Shown here: one piece after another, positions 30,020 through 40,013 of the stretch
Position numbering within the stretch: the first letter of the stretch is position 1
Layout of the letters: each line of letters begins with the position of its first letter
Origin: Candidatus Dojkabacteria bacterium
GTDB lineage: Bacteria; Patescibacteriota; Dojkabacteria; JAHIVN01
NCBI GenBank assembly: GCA_016932045.1
Contig: JAFGDO010000002.1
Span: 66,553 to 130,552, forward strand
DNA length: 64,000 nt
Direction: 5' to 3'
The notes under the pieces: generated by a model
Database searches by the model: none
Seen by the model: only the letters and a program-made list of their open reading frames with translations
What the model was told of the DNA's origin: nothing
Position numbers and translations under genes: made by a program

Positions 30020-31957
30020 TTACTTGACTTTCCACTCCCATACCCCCTTCCAACCTTCTTGTTGACTTACCTCGTTAATTCGGTCCAGCATAATCCTAGA
30101 TGGATTATCAAACTTTAACTTTTTGAAATACTTTTGGGCTTCGTAGAACTCACCCTTCTGGTATAACTTAAATGCTTGTTCATAAATACTTATCAGATTT
30201 CTATTTTTTTTGGTTTTTTCTAGAATTTCGAATATTTTTACCGACTCTTTTTTTCCTTTGACTATTACTTCGTCTAAAAGTCTTGGCAGGAAATCGGTGT
30301 TTTGAAGATCTATACCCTTTAGTACTTCTTCTGTGACGATAATATTTACCTTGTACATTCTTGTTAAGCCTTCTATTCGTGAACCAAGATTGACGCCGTC
30401 GCCTATAAGTGTATAACTGTAACGTTTTTTGCTTCCCATGTTTCCCACAATCATAGTGTCGGTATTTATCCCTATACCACAATTTATTTCTGGGTATTCA
30501 GGATGTGTTTCATTAAATTCTTTTAATTTTTGCTTCATTCCTAATGCAGCCCTAATTGCATTTATCTGGTGATTTTTATCTTCAACAGGAGCATTCCAGA
30601 ATGCCATTATTGCATCTCCCATATACTTATCTATAGTTCCGTTATGCTCAATGAGGACATTTGTAAGAGTGTCAAAGTAAAGATTCAGCATTTTTAGTAA
30701 TTGTGATGGGGATAACTTTTCAGAAATAGTAGTATAACCTTGAATATCGCTGAACAGAACAGTAATTTTCTTCTTTTCACCACCCAGCTTCAATTTCTGG
30801 GGGTGTTCAACGAGTTCCTTTAAGAGTCTTGGATGGATATACTTACCGAATGCTTTACTTAAAAATCTTTTCTCTCTTGTCACAACAAAATATTTATAAG
30901 CAACAAAGAATACGTAGCTTATAATGGGTAAGCCATTCGCTTGAATAAATGGCCAATTGAATCCTTCGTTGTGAAGGATAATACCCAATGTGTTTAGTAA
31001 TATTAGAGACGAAAAGAATGAAATCACTTCAAAGATATTCCTTTTAAATTTTGTATAAAGGAAGAGAAGTAAAGTGCAGAATAAGATAATTGATGGATAG
31101 AACAATTTTTTGCCTATATCCCTTCGGAAGTTATCTTCCAGAAAGGAGTTCACTATGTTTGCATGGATAACTACTCCAGGGGTAGTTTTCCCGAACACAT
31201 CAGTGAAATTGTCAAGAAGTCCGCTCTTTAGGTCAATCGGCGTTGCTCCTATAAGGATAATTTTACCTTCAAGATTATTCTTGTCGATTTTGCCTTCATA
31301 TAGATCAACAAAGCTGTAGTATGAATACTCAGAATCTGAATAGTTAAATAACAATTCTTTTCTGTACTCTAGATTCCCGGCTAAATTTATCTCCTCTCCA
31401 CACCCAATATCTCCTCGTATTCCTAGGTATCTTTTAAGTATTTCAAATGCAAAGCTATAGATACATTTATCGTCAACTTTAGTTGCAATAGTTGTTTTTC
31501 TTATTTTCCCGTCTTTATCAGTGACAAAGTTTGTGTATCCACTCGAGATATTTTCGGTGGAGAACCTACTTTCAAAGAGTTCTTTGTTCACAATTTTGCT
31601 GCCCATTACTATAGGAAAATCGGCATTTTTAAGAGAACTTCGTAACTTTGTATCTCCTTCTCGTTCTTCAAGAAACAGCACATCGAATCCAACAACACTT
31701 GGTCTTACCCGATTCAGTTCGTCTACAGCTTGAGCAAAGACTTGCCTGTCCCACGGCCAAGCTCCTATTTTTGATAAAGTTACATCGTCGATGCCAATTA
31801 TGACAATCTCTTCTCTAACTTCCATACTGCCCTGGAGCCTATCGAGAAATATGTTGTTTAATTCATCAAAGGTTGGAATAGCTAGAATAAGTGAGCAAAA
31901 ACTCAGAATAATGAAATTGTATAGGTAAGGGGTAATTTTTCTTAGTATATTCCTCAT
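30020..31957 (-). CDS. CHASE2 sensor-domain adenylate cyclase (class III)
   Basis: N-terminal CHASE2 (IIGIDDVTLSKIGAWPWDR) and TM helices. Cyclase motifs VLFSDIQGYT, IDKYMGDAIMAFWNAP and IGDGVNLGSRIEG. Confidence 0.8.
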   Translation of the reverse strand: MRNILRKITPYLYNFIILSFCSLILAIPTFDELNNIFLDRLQGSMEVREEIVIIGIDDVTLSKIGAWPWDRQVFAQAVDELNRVRPSVVGFDVLFLEEREGDTKLRSSLKNADFPIVMGSKIVNKELFESRFSTENISSGYTNFVTDKDGKIRKTTIATKVDDKCIYSFAFEILKRYLGIRGDIGCGEEINLAGNLEYRKELLFNYSDSEYSYYSFVDLYEGKIDKNNLEGKIILIGATPIDLKSGLLDNFTDVFGKTTPGVVIHANIVNSFLEDNFRRDIGKKLFYPSIILFCTLLLFLYTKFKRNIFEVISFFSSLILLNTLGIILHNEGFNWPFIQANGLPIISYVFFVAYKYFVVTREKRFLSKAFGKYIHPRLLKELVEHPQKLKLGGEKKKITVLFSDIQGYTTISEKLSPSQLLKMLNLYFDTLTNVLIEHNGTIDKYMGDAIMAFWNAPVEDKNHQINAIRAALGMKQKLKEFNETHPEYPEINCGIGINTDTMIVGNMGSKKRYSYTLIGDGVNLGSRIEGLTRMYKVNIIVTEEVLKGIDLQNTDFLPRLLDEVIVKGKKESVKIFEILEKTKKNRNLISIYEQAFKLYQKGEFYEAQKYFKKLKFDNPSRIMLDRINEVSQQEGWKGVWEWKVK

Positions 31958-31979
31958 AGATGTTTTGCAAGTTTGTTTA

Positions 31980-32579
31980 TTACTTACTCTTTTGTATATT
32001 TTCGATATAACGTTTGCTCAGAAGCTGTACCATATAAAATCCGAATTCCGGATTCTGATGGTATAGCTGCATAATTTGGTCATCCCTTATTATGTATGCT
32101 TCTACATCAGTATCACAAATTGCTTTTTGAGTCCTTTTCTTATAGGGGGAGAAAACTCCCATTTCCCCAAGCACGTCTCCTCTTTTTATGGTTTCGTTAA
32201 GTTTTGGTAATTTAATAGTTCCCGAGCTTATGTAGTAAATCTTATCTGCTTTATCCCCCTTATCAAAGAGTACATCTCCTTTCTTAAATTTGGCCTTGCT
32301 CATGTAGCGTACAAGCCACTCAAAAGAGTAGTCGCCTTCTGAGGCTTCTTTAACATCTTGAATGAGCTTCTGCATCTGGCGCAGTCTGTATATATTCAAT
32401 GGAAGAAGGAAAAGATGAAGAATAAGAACCGGATACAGGTGTCCAAAAAAACCATAGGTTATAAAAGCAACGTTACTAATTATAGCCACCTTTCTTAAGG
32501 GAATCATGGTTTTCATCATAAAAGTAATACCTACCAAGATTGAGGCTATATATCCTATAATAGTTATCCAGGTTTCCAA
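31980..32579 (-). CDS. Three-TM protein with a C-terminal cyclic-nucleotide-binding domain
   Basis: GDVLFDKGDKADKIYYISSGTIKL...GEMGVF fits the CAP-family CNB fold. It lies 22 nt upstream of the CHASE2 cyclase on the same strand. Confidence 0.65.
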   Translation of the reverse strand: METWITIIGYIASILVGITFMMKTMIPLRKVAIISNVAFITYGFFGHLYPVLILHLFLLPLNIYRLRQMQKLIQDVKEASEGDYSFEWLVRYMSKAKFKKGDVLFDKGDKADKIYYISSGTIKLPKLNETIKRGDVLGEMGVFSPYKKRTQKAICDTDVEAYIIRDDQIMQLYHQNPEFGFYMVQLLSKRYIENIQKSK

Positions 32580-32830
32580 GATACAAAATTATAAAAATTA
32601 AGATGTGAAAATAATAACAGGGCAAAAGATGGACGTCAATTGGGGAAGAACATAGTTACATAGTTGCATAGCTAGATAGCTGTATATTGTAAGCTAATTG
32701 TCATATTGATAAATTAATGGTTAGATAAATGATAGGTTAGGATCAAAAGTAAAAGGATTTGGGGTTTAACTTGAAAAGAAAATGTAAAATGTTAAACTTG
32801 ATTATGGAGATTTTTTTAATATGTTAGCGA

Positions 32831-33721
32831 ATGAAAGACTCATCATTTAAAAATAATGTAGCCCTGTTTGATAGTTGCTGGTTAGTAAAGAAGGGGGTTT
32901 CAACCTATGAATTATTACTTTCTATTTTCAATTCGAGTAAGGAGGAGCTTTTTAAAGGAAGATATTACGATTTAATAAAAAAGCTGGCAGCAGAATATAG
33001 AGATATAGAATCACAGAGATGGGCTAAGGGAGGGAAGGAAAGATATCATACCCACGGTCTTTTTTCTGAATGGGTGGCGTGTAAAATGATACTAAAATAT
33101 AGAACACAAATCATCGACAGGTTAAAGAAAGAATCATCTGAATGTTATTCTTATTTTTATAAAAGAGTAGGTGAAGTTGAATCGCAAAGACTTCTTTTAT
33201 TTATGATTATGGTTGCTAGTATGTACCATGATGTGGGGGGGATAAGAGACGGACACAATGTGGGTGCGAATCCAGACGCACAAATTTTGCATGCTACCCT
33301 TGATAAAGTTAACTCTCTCGAATCTGTTTGTAGGGATGAAATATTGAAACTAGCGAATTTTACAGGCTATGATAACAAAAGGAATGCAGCCTATTTTAGT
33401 TATGAGGGAGGTTTTAAGTTTGAACCGGAAAAGATTAGTATAGGTGGGATTATTGTAATAGTCTCGGATCTTCTACAAATTGGAGCTCTAGACTACAGAG
33501 AACGAGTCGAAAAGGACTTAGGACTTACACCTTATATGGTGCCCTATACATACGTAAAATTATGTGCATTCTCCATGATTGAACTTGCGCAAATGTTAAA
33601 AGAGAGACATCCTTCAAATCTTATTCCAGAGGAGATTAGAGATCGAGCTGTAAAAATATTAGTAAGTGAAAAAGCTTATGAATGGAGAGATCAATTTATA
33701 ACCAAAAATTATTCTTCATGA
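32831..33721 (+). CDS. Hypothetical protein, possible HD-domain phosphohydrolase
   Basis: RYHTHG...MYHDVGG gives an H...HD spacing. Confidence 0.3.
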   Translation: MKDSSFKNNVALFDSCWLVKKGVSTYELLLSIFNSSKEELFKGRYYDLIKKLAAEYRDIESQRWAKGGKERYHTHGLFSEWVACKMILKYRTQIIDRLKKESSECYSYFYKRVGEVESQRLLLFMIMVASMYHDVGGIRDGHNVGANPDAQILHATLDKVNSLESVCRDEILKLANFTGYDNKRNAAYFSYEGGFKFEPEKISIGGIIVIVSDLLQIGALDYRERVEKDLGLTPYMVPYTYVKLCAFSMIELAQMLKERHPSNLIPEEIRDRAVKILVSEKAYEWRDQFITKNYSS

Positions 33722-33853
33722 ATTAAGTACTATTACTTCCTTGCACCCTGTTCTCCTTTTCTATCCTTCTTTGGCTAAACATTGTAACAATCTAAATTTT
33801 TTGCTATTCTGTATTGATGAAGCTATCTAAATTAATTTGTTAGATTTGATATT

Positions 33854-35566
33854 TTGGCACTGCCCAGCAGTATAGTAAAAGAGGTTCTTCTAAAACATCA
33901 GAAGGTTGATGTTGCTCAAGTAAATGCTCTGATTACCAAAGCAATGAGGGGAGGTGTTCCTCTTTCCGAGCTAGTTGTGTCTGAGGGGTTCATTACAGCA
34001 CCGGAAATTTCTGATTTGATTGCGAGTGAACTTGGTGTAACGGCTGTTGATCTGTCTCAAGTCAAGATACAAAAAGGTGCGCTTGAAACCATTACGAAAC
34101 AGATTGCTCTTGAGCGCGAAACAATCCCTTTCAAGAAAGACAAAAAAAGGTTGCATGTTGCAATGACTAACCCGATGGATCTTGCAGCTATTGATTTTAT
34201 CTCCAAAAGGACGGGTTTAGATGTTGTTCCGTATTATGTGCAGCCCTCTTCTTTTGAGCAGGGAGTACTTGCTTATAAAAAAGATATTCAACAGGTTCTT
34301 CAGGGCATGATTAAAGAGCGGGCCACGAAGTCGGTTAAAGGAAAGGTTGAAAAAATTGAAGAAGCCGCTCAAAAACTTCCCGTTATTCAGTTATTTGATT
34401 CGGTTGTAGAATATGCCGCCGTTGAGAAAGCTAGTGATATACATGTCGAACCTCTGGAAAGGGAGGTTCTAGTAAGATACAGAATTGACGGGATTTTATA
34501 TGACAAAGTTAGTCTTCCAACTGAGATACTTCCGGTCCTTGTAGCCAGAGTAAAGATTATGAGTAACTTAAAAATTGACGAACACCGGTTACCTCAGGAT
34601 GGAAGAATCAAGCTAAAGGTTGATAAGCAGGACTTATCTCTTAGAATTTCTATCATACCAACTTTTTTTGGTGAAAAGGTTGTCGCTAGAGTACTTGAAG
34701 AAAGTGGGAAGGGTCTGACGCTTACAAAGCTTGGACTTGCTGGTTTAAATCTCGAACGCGTTGAGAGTGCTATTACAAGACCGCATGGTATGATACTTGC
34801 AACAGGACCGACAGGAAGCGGAAAAACTACAACTCTTTATACCATCCTAACAAGACTAAACACTTCTGAAGTAAATATCAATACAGTTGAAGATCCAATA
34901 GAATATGCTATTCCCAGGGTCAACCAGATGCAGGTAAATCCACAGATAGAACTGACATTTGCCGCGGGTTTAAGGGCGCTTTTGAGGCAGGACCCCGATA
35001 TTATGATGGTAGGTGAGATCCGAGATGAGGAGACAGCGAATATAGCTATCAATGCTGCACTTACTGGACACCTTGTTTTATCAACTATTCATACAAATGA
35101 TGCAGCAGGGTCTATCCCTAGGCTTGCAGATATGGGAGTTGAAGAATTTCTTATCGCTTCGTCGGTAAATCTCGTTATCGCACAAAGGCTTGTTAGAAAG
35201 ATCTGTGATAACTGTATAGCTGAAGATCAGTTGTCACCTGAACAGAATGAAGCACTAACCCGTGAACTTGCAAGAAGTCATCTGTCCGAAGAACTAATAA
35301 ATCAACTCGTTGGTGATGGCAAGTTTTATAAAGGTAAAGGCTGTGATAAATGCGGTAAATCAGGGCTTAAAGGAAGAATTGGTATTTTTGAGGTCTTAGA
35401 AGTTAGTCCTACCGTCATCAATCTTATTGCAGGAAACGCGACTGCAGCACAGATCCAAGAACAAGCGCTTAAGGAGGGAATGGAGCTTATGATTATTGAT
35501 GGTCTAAAAAAGGCAAAAGAAGGGGCAACAACAATAAGTGAGGTTCTAAGGGTGACTCGTGAGTAG
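33854..35566 (+). CDS. pilB: Type IV pilus/T2SS assembly ATPase (PilB/GspE family)
   Basis: Walker A GPTGSGKTTTL. T2SSE_N-like N-terminal domains. A CxxC...CxxC tetracysteine. TTG start in the track. Confidence 0.85.
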   Translation: MALPSSIVKEVLLKHQKVDVAQVNALITKAMRGGVPLSELVVSEGFITAPEISDLIASELGVTAVDLSQVKIQKGALETITKQIALERETIPFKKDKKRLHVAMTNPMDLAAIDFISKRTGLDVVPYYVQPSSFEQGVLAYKKDIQQVLQGMIKERATKSVKGKVEKIEEAAQKLPVIQLFDSVVEYAAVEKASDIHVEPLEREVLVRYRIDGILYDKVSLPTEILPVLVARVKIMSNLKIDEHRLPQDGRIKLKVDKQDLSLRISIIPTFFGEKVVARVLEESGKGLTLTKLGLAGLNLERVESAITRPHGMILATGPTGSGKTTTLYTILTRLNTSEVNINTVEDPIEYAIPRVNQMQVNPQIELTFAAGLRALLRQDPDIMMVGEIRDEETANIAINAALTGHLVLSTIHTNDAAGSIPRLADMGVEEFLIASSVNLVIAQRLVRKICDNCIAEDQLSPEQNEALTRELARSHLSEELINQLVGDGKFYKGKGCDKCGKSGLKGRIGIFEVLEVSPTVINLIAGNATAAQIQEQALKEGMELMIIDGLKKAKEGATTISEVLRVTRE

Positions 35567-35647
35567 CGTTATAACAAAGTTTCTGCAAGTAATATTAGAA
35601 AATTAGAAATTTTTCTTTACTTAATCTAATAATTTTGAGCGGAGGAA

Positions 35648-36898
35648 ATGGAAACATACTCGTATAAAGCATTAAAGGACGACAAATTAGTAAGCGGTGA
35701 GTTAGAGGGAAGAGATGAGAATGAAATTGCCGGAAAATTACAGGAACAGGGTCTTGAAGTCCTGAATATAAAACAAGAGGGAGGGAAAAAAAGTGTAACC
35801 CCTTCTATTGGCAAGGTAAAGACTTCTTTTTTAGATAGATTTAAAAAGGTTAAAAAGGTTGAAAAGATGTTTCTCTATAAGAACTTTGCGACTATGTTGA
35901 AAGCGGGGTTACCACTTCCGGAAGCTATTGATCTTATGCGAGAAAGTTTAAAGAACCCATTACTTGAAGGTGTTTTGTCTCAACTTAAATATGATGTAGA
36001 GGCTGGCAACTATATTTCTGCTAGTTTATCAAAGTTTAGTGATATCTTTTCACAGAGTGAGATCTCTATGATACAGGCTGGAGAAGCCGGGGGGACATTA
36101 CCGCAAAGTTTTCATGGTCTGTTCATAGATGCTGAAGCTGAGACAAAGTTACAAAAGGACATAAAAGGAGCAATGATGTATCCTGCAATAATACTTTCCA
36201 TATTACTTCTTGTGACTCTGCTCCTTTTAATCTTTGTTTTACCGCAACTGACTGGCTTTTTTCTACAGGCAAACATTGAAGTGCCAACAATGACAAGAAT
36301 TATCATGGCGGCTAGTGATTTTTTCAAAGATTATTTCTTTCTTATTGCTATTGTAGTTGTCGCACTTATCGTAACTTTGAGGTCTCTGATAAAAAAATCT
36401 AAGACTGTAAAAAAGTATTTTGATAAGTTTACAATAAGAATTCCCTGGCTGGGAATGCAGTTTAAGTACTATTATATTCATAAGATAGCTAGAATGCTTG
36501 GTTTACTCATTAAAAGTGGAGTTCCCATATTGGAAGCTCTCGAAATTGTTGAAAAATCGATTGGCCATCTTGGATTCTCAAATTCTATCAGAGTTATGAG
36601 AAGTGATATAAAAAGAGGAGGCAAACTTTCAACATCAGTGCAAAGCTTTGATAAACTTTATCCTCCCTTTGTTTCAAGGATGCTCAGCGTAGGGGACCGG
36701 ACTGGAAATACCTCTGAAGCCCTGGAAAATGTTTCAGAGTATTATGATGAGGAATTGCGATCGACTCTTGCTAATATCTCGTCAATCATTGAACCTATTC
36801 TAATGGTAGCTCTTGGTCTTGGAGTAGCATTTATTGCTATATCTGTTCTGATACCAATGTATAGTATTGTCAGCGGTATAAACCAGATGCAGAAATAG
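35648..36898 (+). CDS. pilC: Type IV pilus platform protein (PilC/GspF family)
   Basis: Two T2SSF-like repeats and 3 TM helices. Confidence 0.8.
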   Translation: METYSYKALKDDKLVSGELEGRDENEIAGKLQEQGLEVLNIKQEGGKKSVTPSIGKVKTSFLDRFKKVKKVEKMFLYKNFATMLKAGLPLPEAIDLMRESLKNPLLEGVLSQLKYDVEAGNYISASLSKFSDIFSQSEISMIQAGEAGGTLPQSFHGLFIDAEAETKLQKDIKGAMMYPAIILSILLLVTLLLLIFVLPQLTGFFLQANIEVPTMTRIIMAASDFFKDYFFLIAIVVVALIVTLRSLIKKSKTVKKYFDKFTIRIPWLGMQFKYYYIHKIARMLGLLIKSGVPILEALEIVEKSIGHLGFSNSIRVMRSDIKRGGKLSTSVQSFDKLYPPFVSRMLSVGDRTGNTSEALENVSEYYDEELRSTLANISSIIEPILMVALGLGVAFIAISVLIPMYSIVSGINQMQK

Positions 36899-36910
36899 TT
36901 TTGTAATCTA

Positions 36911-37408
36911 GTGATTTTAACGAAAATGTTTACATTTAATAGTAAAGGTTTTACACTTGTAGAGATAGTTTTGACTATAGCTATCGGTGCAATATTAGTA
37001 AGTGGTGTAACACTGGGGCTTTTGACCTATAGGAATAATTTGCAATATGATATCTTACTCAATCAAATAGATGAAAGTGTAAGTTATGCAAAGGCAAAAG
37101 CCTTATCTGGAAAGCTTGATTCTTTAAATCAACATTCAAGTTATGGAGTAATGTTTTTTGAAGATAGATTCATTGAATTTGAGGGTGATGAGTATGTAGA
37201 AGGAGCTGTTCCGAATGTTGAATACAATGTTCCAGTTGGTCTAAGGCTATCTGCGACTTGTGTTCCTTCGAACAATGGTTCAGTTGTCTTTTCTCGAATT
37301 TTAGGGGAAAATTCAAATTATTGTACCGTATCTATTTATAAATTTGAACAAACTGAACCTGCTGGAAGTGTAAGGATTGGTAGATTCGGGGTCGAGGAAG
37401 CACTATAA
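36911..37408 (+). CDS. Prepilin-type minor pilin/pseudopilin
   Basis: G|FTLVEIVLTIAIGAIL class III leader. The true start is probably the internal ATG (MFTFNSKG). Confidence 0.7.
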   Translation: MILTKMFTFNSKGFTLVEIVLTIAIGAILVSGVTLGLLTYRNNLQYDILLNQIDESVSYAKAKALSGKLDSLNQHSSYGVMFFEDRFIEFEGDEYVEGAVPNVEYNVPVGLRLSATCVPSNNGSVVFSRILGENSNYCTVSIYKFEQTEPAGSVRIGRFGVEEAL

Positions 37409-37547
37409 TAGTGTATTGGTCTTTTAATTAATGGTTCTGGGAAGTGAATGATTTAAGCAAGGAGAAGTAGTAATTTACATGTTACTCGTTTCCTTCACCA
37501 TCTAGTTAAGAGGTAATGTAACGGAGCAGATTACTTACCTGGAAATT

Positions 37548-38048
37548 ATGAAAATTCTGAATAAAATTTTTAAGAAACAAGAAGGACAAAGTTTAGTTGA
37601 GATTGTTGTCGCAATTGGTATTCTTGCCATTGTTTTTAGTGGAAGTTGGCAAGTTCTTCATGATTCTTTTATGTCTGTGCAGCGTGAGATGATAGAGTTA
37701 AAAGCACACTATCTTGTTGTGGGAGGACTCGAGGCTATGCGAAGTATCCGAGATGAGGACTGGAATGCGCTTACTGATGGAACGTGGCATTATGAGTATG
37801 ATGTTTCAGGTCCTGAAAATATGGTTGTTATTCTGGAGGGAGGCGAGGAAGTCTGGGACATATACAGAAGAAGGATAGAAATTAGTAGTGTCAGAAGAGA
37901 CACTACTACTGGGAAGATTACCGAAGATCCTGCATATGACTTCGATCCAAATACTAAACGGGTAGATGTGGTAGTTGAATGGGACTGGAGCGGATCTACA
38001 AGAACTGACCTTGAAAGCATTTACTTTACAAATTGGAATAGATTTTAA
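37548..38048 (+). CDS. Prepilin-type minor pilin/pseudopilin
   Basis: G|QSLVEIVVAIGILAIV. Confidence 0.65.
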   Translation: MKILNKIFKKQEGQSLVEIVVAIGILAIVFSGSWQVLHDSFMSVQREMIELKAHYLVVGGLEAMRSIRDEDWNALTDGTWHYEYDVSGPENMVVILEGGEEVWDIYRRRIEISSVRRDTTTGKITEDPAYDFDPNTKRVDVVVEWDWSGSTRTDLESIYFTNWNRF

Positions 38049-38078
38049 GGAAGTTTTTTAGTTGTTCAGTAAATAGTT

Positions 38079-38558
38079 ATGAAAAGAAAACTATTTAAAA
38101 GAATATTGGGAAGTTGCAAGGGCATTACACTAACTGAGACGATAGTTTATATCGGGCTCCTTTCTATTATTGCTGTTGGTGTGATCTCTATCGCTATGCA
38201 GCTTGTGCAGCTCAGGACAAATGCAAGTTCTTTAAGTCTGATCTCTAGCGAAACAACCAAGCTACTGGATAGGATAGTTTTTGAAGTTCGTGATTGCGAC
38301 GATTTTACCGTTATAGATGATACAACCTTAGAGATTACAAAAGATGGATCAATAACAGAATACTATTTGCAGGATGGAAAAATTTATGCCGATGAGGACG
38401 GAGATGTGTATCAAGTTTCGTCAAATTTAGTGAATATTTCTCAAGTTAAATATTCAGACTGGACTTCGATAAATTCTGATAATCTAGTTCATATAGAAGT
38501 TGAAATTTCAAGAGGAAATTTACATGAGCAATTTCAAGTCAGTGCTCACAAAAGATAG
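38079..38558 (+). CDS. Prepilin-type minor pilin/pseudopilin
   Basis: G|ITLTETIVYIGLLSII. Confidence 0.6.
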   Translation: MKRKLFKRILGSCKGITLTETIVYIGLLSIIAVGVISIAMQLVQLRTNASSLSLISSETTKLLDRIVFEVRDCDDFTVIDDTTLEITKDGSITEYYLQDGKIYADEDGDVYQVSSNLVNISQVKYSDWTSINSDNLVHIEVEISRGNLHEQFQVSAHKR

Positions 38559-39891
38559 TTTAAGTCAAAAGGGAGTAGCGACTCTTATGGTCGTATCAAT
38601 TCTTACGATTGTTTTTGTTGCTATAAGTATTGCTATCGCAAGAACTACACTTACAGGATTTAAATCATTAGAGAATTTAAGGTGGTCGAGAAAGTCGTAT
38701 TATCTTGCAGAAAGCGGCATAGAGGATACAATTTTACAAGTAGAGGAGAATTACAGTTATTTAGGAAATTCTTCTGGTGAAACGACTCCGATCGGCACTT
38801 ACTATTCTGACGTTGTAAGGGTTAGTAACAATTATGATATCACCGTTTGGGTATCAGAGGGAGGAACAGAAAGAGTGGTAAATCAAAATCTGACTTTTCT
38901 CTTTGAGGTCGCTGAAGTTACAACGAAGGCTACTTATATGGCTGACTTTTTCTGGATTAGTGGTGAGGGCGCGAGGATAAGGGGGGATGTTTGGACTAAC
39001 GACGACTTTGAGGTTCTCGAGCATGGTGTAGTTGAAGGGAATCTGGCGTCTGCAGGGAAAGGATCATTTGCAGTAAACTGGGTTTGGGACGGCGTCATGG
39101 GAGGAAATCCGAGTCTGACAGGAGGGGAGGTTCTTGATAATCCTGAAACGACAGATATAATTGAGGGAAATATTATTGCTGCCGATGCAGTAAAAGTTTC
39201 TGGTCCTACTGCTTATGTTCAGGGTGATGTGACATCAGATGGATATGTGTGGGAGTTATTTGGCGGAACAATTGACGGTACGATCACAGAGTATGCTGGA
39301 CAGGCGTGGAATCAGATTCCGGTACCCAATTTTGAGTTCGAACAATATGAGCAAGAAGCGGTAACTGACGGCACGTATTTTTCAAATTCAAATTCCTTTG
39401 AGAATTACGTTGATAGCTTGGATGATGGGAATGAGAGACGCTTGCCTGGAGATGTATATTACGTAAAAAATGGTGCAGTAAAGATTGAAGTTGGTTCTCC
39501 TGTATATCTGGATGGACTTTTAGTTGTTGAAGATAATCTGTATATCTATAGTGAGTGGTATCAGAATGCGCAGGGCGGACTACCGGCCATTGTGACTGGC
39601 AAAAGTTTGCAAATTGGAAATAAATTCAACTTTAGTTCGTGGAGTTACGACTACTCAGGTCCTGTTAGAATAAATGGAATTGTGTACTCACAAAAAGATG
39701 TAGAATTGTTTAGAACATACAGTAATGAGGATATAATTGTAGACGGGGCTGTTTGGGCCGGTGATGACATATTTGTAAAAGAACACAGCTATATTCACTA
39801 CAATATTGATCCTTTAAATATTGTAGGATTTGACTTTGTAACTGGAATAACAGATCTTGAAGAACATTACTGGCAGGAAATTATTGATTAG
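38500..39891 (+). CDS. PilX-like large minor pilin / tip-associated protein
   Basis: QKGVATLMVVSILTIVFVAISIAIA is a PilX_N-like segment. Large C-terminal domain. The true start is likely downstream of the overlap with the previous gene. Confidence 0.5.
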   Translation: MKFQEEIYMSNFKSVLTKDSLSQKGVATLMVVSILTIVFVAISIAIARTTLTGFKSLENLRWSRKSYYLAESGIEDTILQVEENYSYLGNSSGETTPIGTYYSDVVRVSNNYDITVWVSEGGTERVVNQNLTFLFEVAEVTTKATYMADFFWISGEGARIRGDVWTNDDFEVLEHGVVEGNLASAGKGSFAVNWVWDGVMGGNPSLTGGEVLDNPETTDIIEGNIIAADAVKVSGPTAYVQGDVTSDGYVWELFGGTIDGTITEYAGQAWNQIPVPNFEFEQYEQEAVTDGTYFSNSNSFENYVDSLDDGNERRLPGDVYYVKNGAVKIEVGSPVYLDGLLVVEDNLYIYSEWYQNAQGGLPAIVTGKSLQIGNKFNFSSWSYDYSGPVRINGIVYSQKDVELFRTYSNEDIIVDGAVWAGDDIFVKEHSYIHYNIDPLNIVGFDFVTGITDLEEHYWQEIID

Positions 39892-40013
39892 AATGTTATG
39901 AGGAAGGATAGATTGAGATTATGGGGAAAGAAAGTAGGCGGCTAAATGTAAAATGGCTTCATTGCTTGATGGACAAATGACTAGATAGTTTCATTATTAA
40001 TTAAAAACTGCTC

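Noticed and set aside
30020-32579. Classifying the cyclase plus TM-cNMP-binding pair as a Pycsar anti-phage system
   Set aside because: The cyclase has canonical adenine-specifying Lys/Asp and a CHASE2 sensor, whereas Pycsar cyclases are compact and pyrimidine-specific. It is reported as a signalling pair with the caveat.
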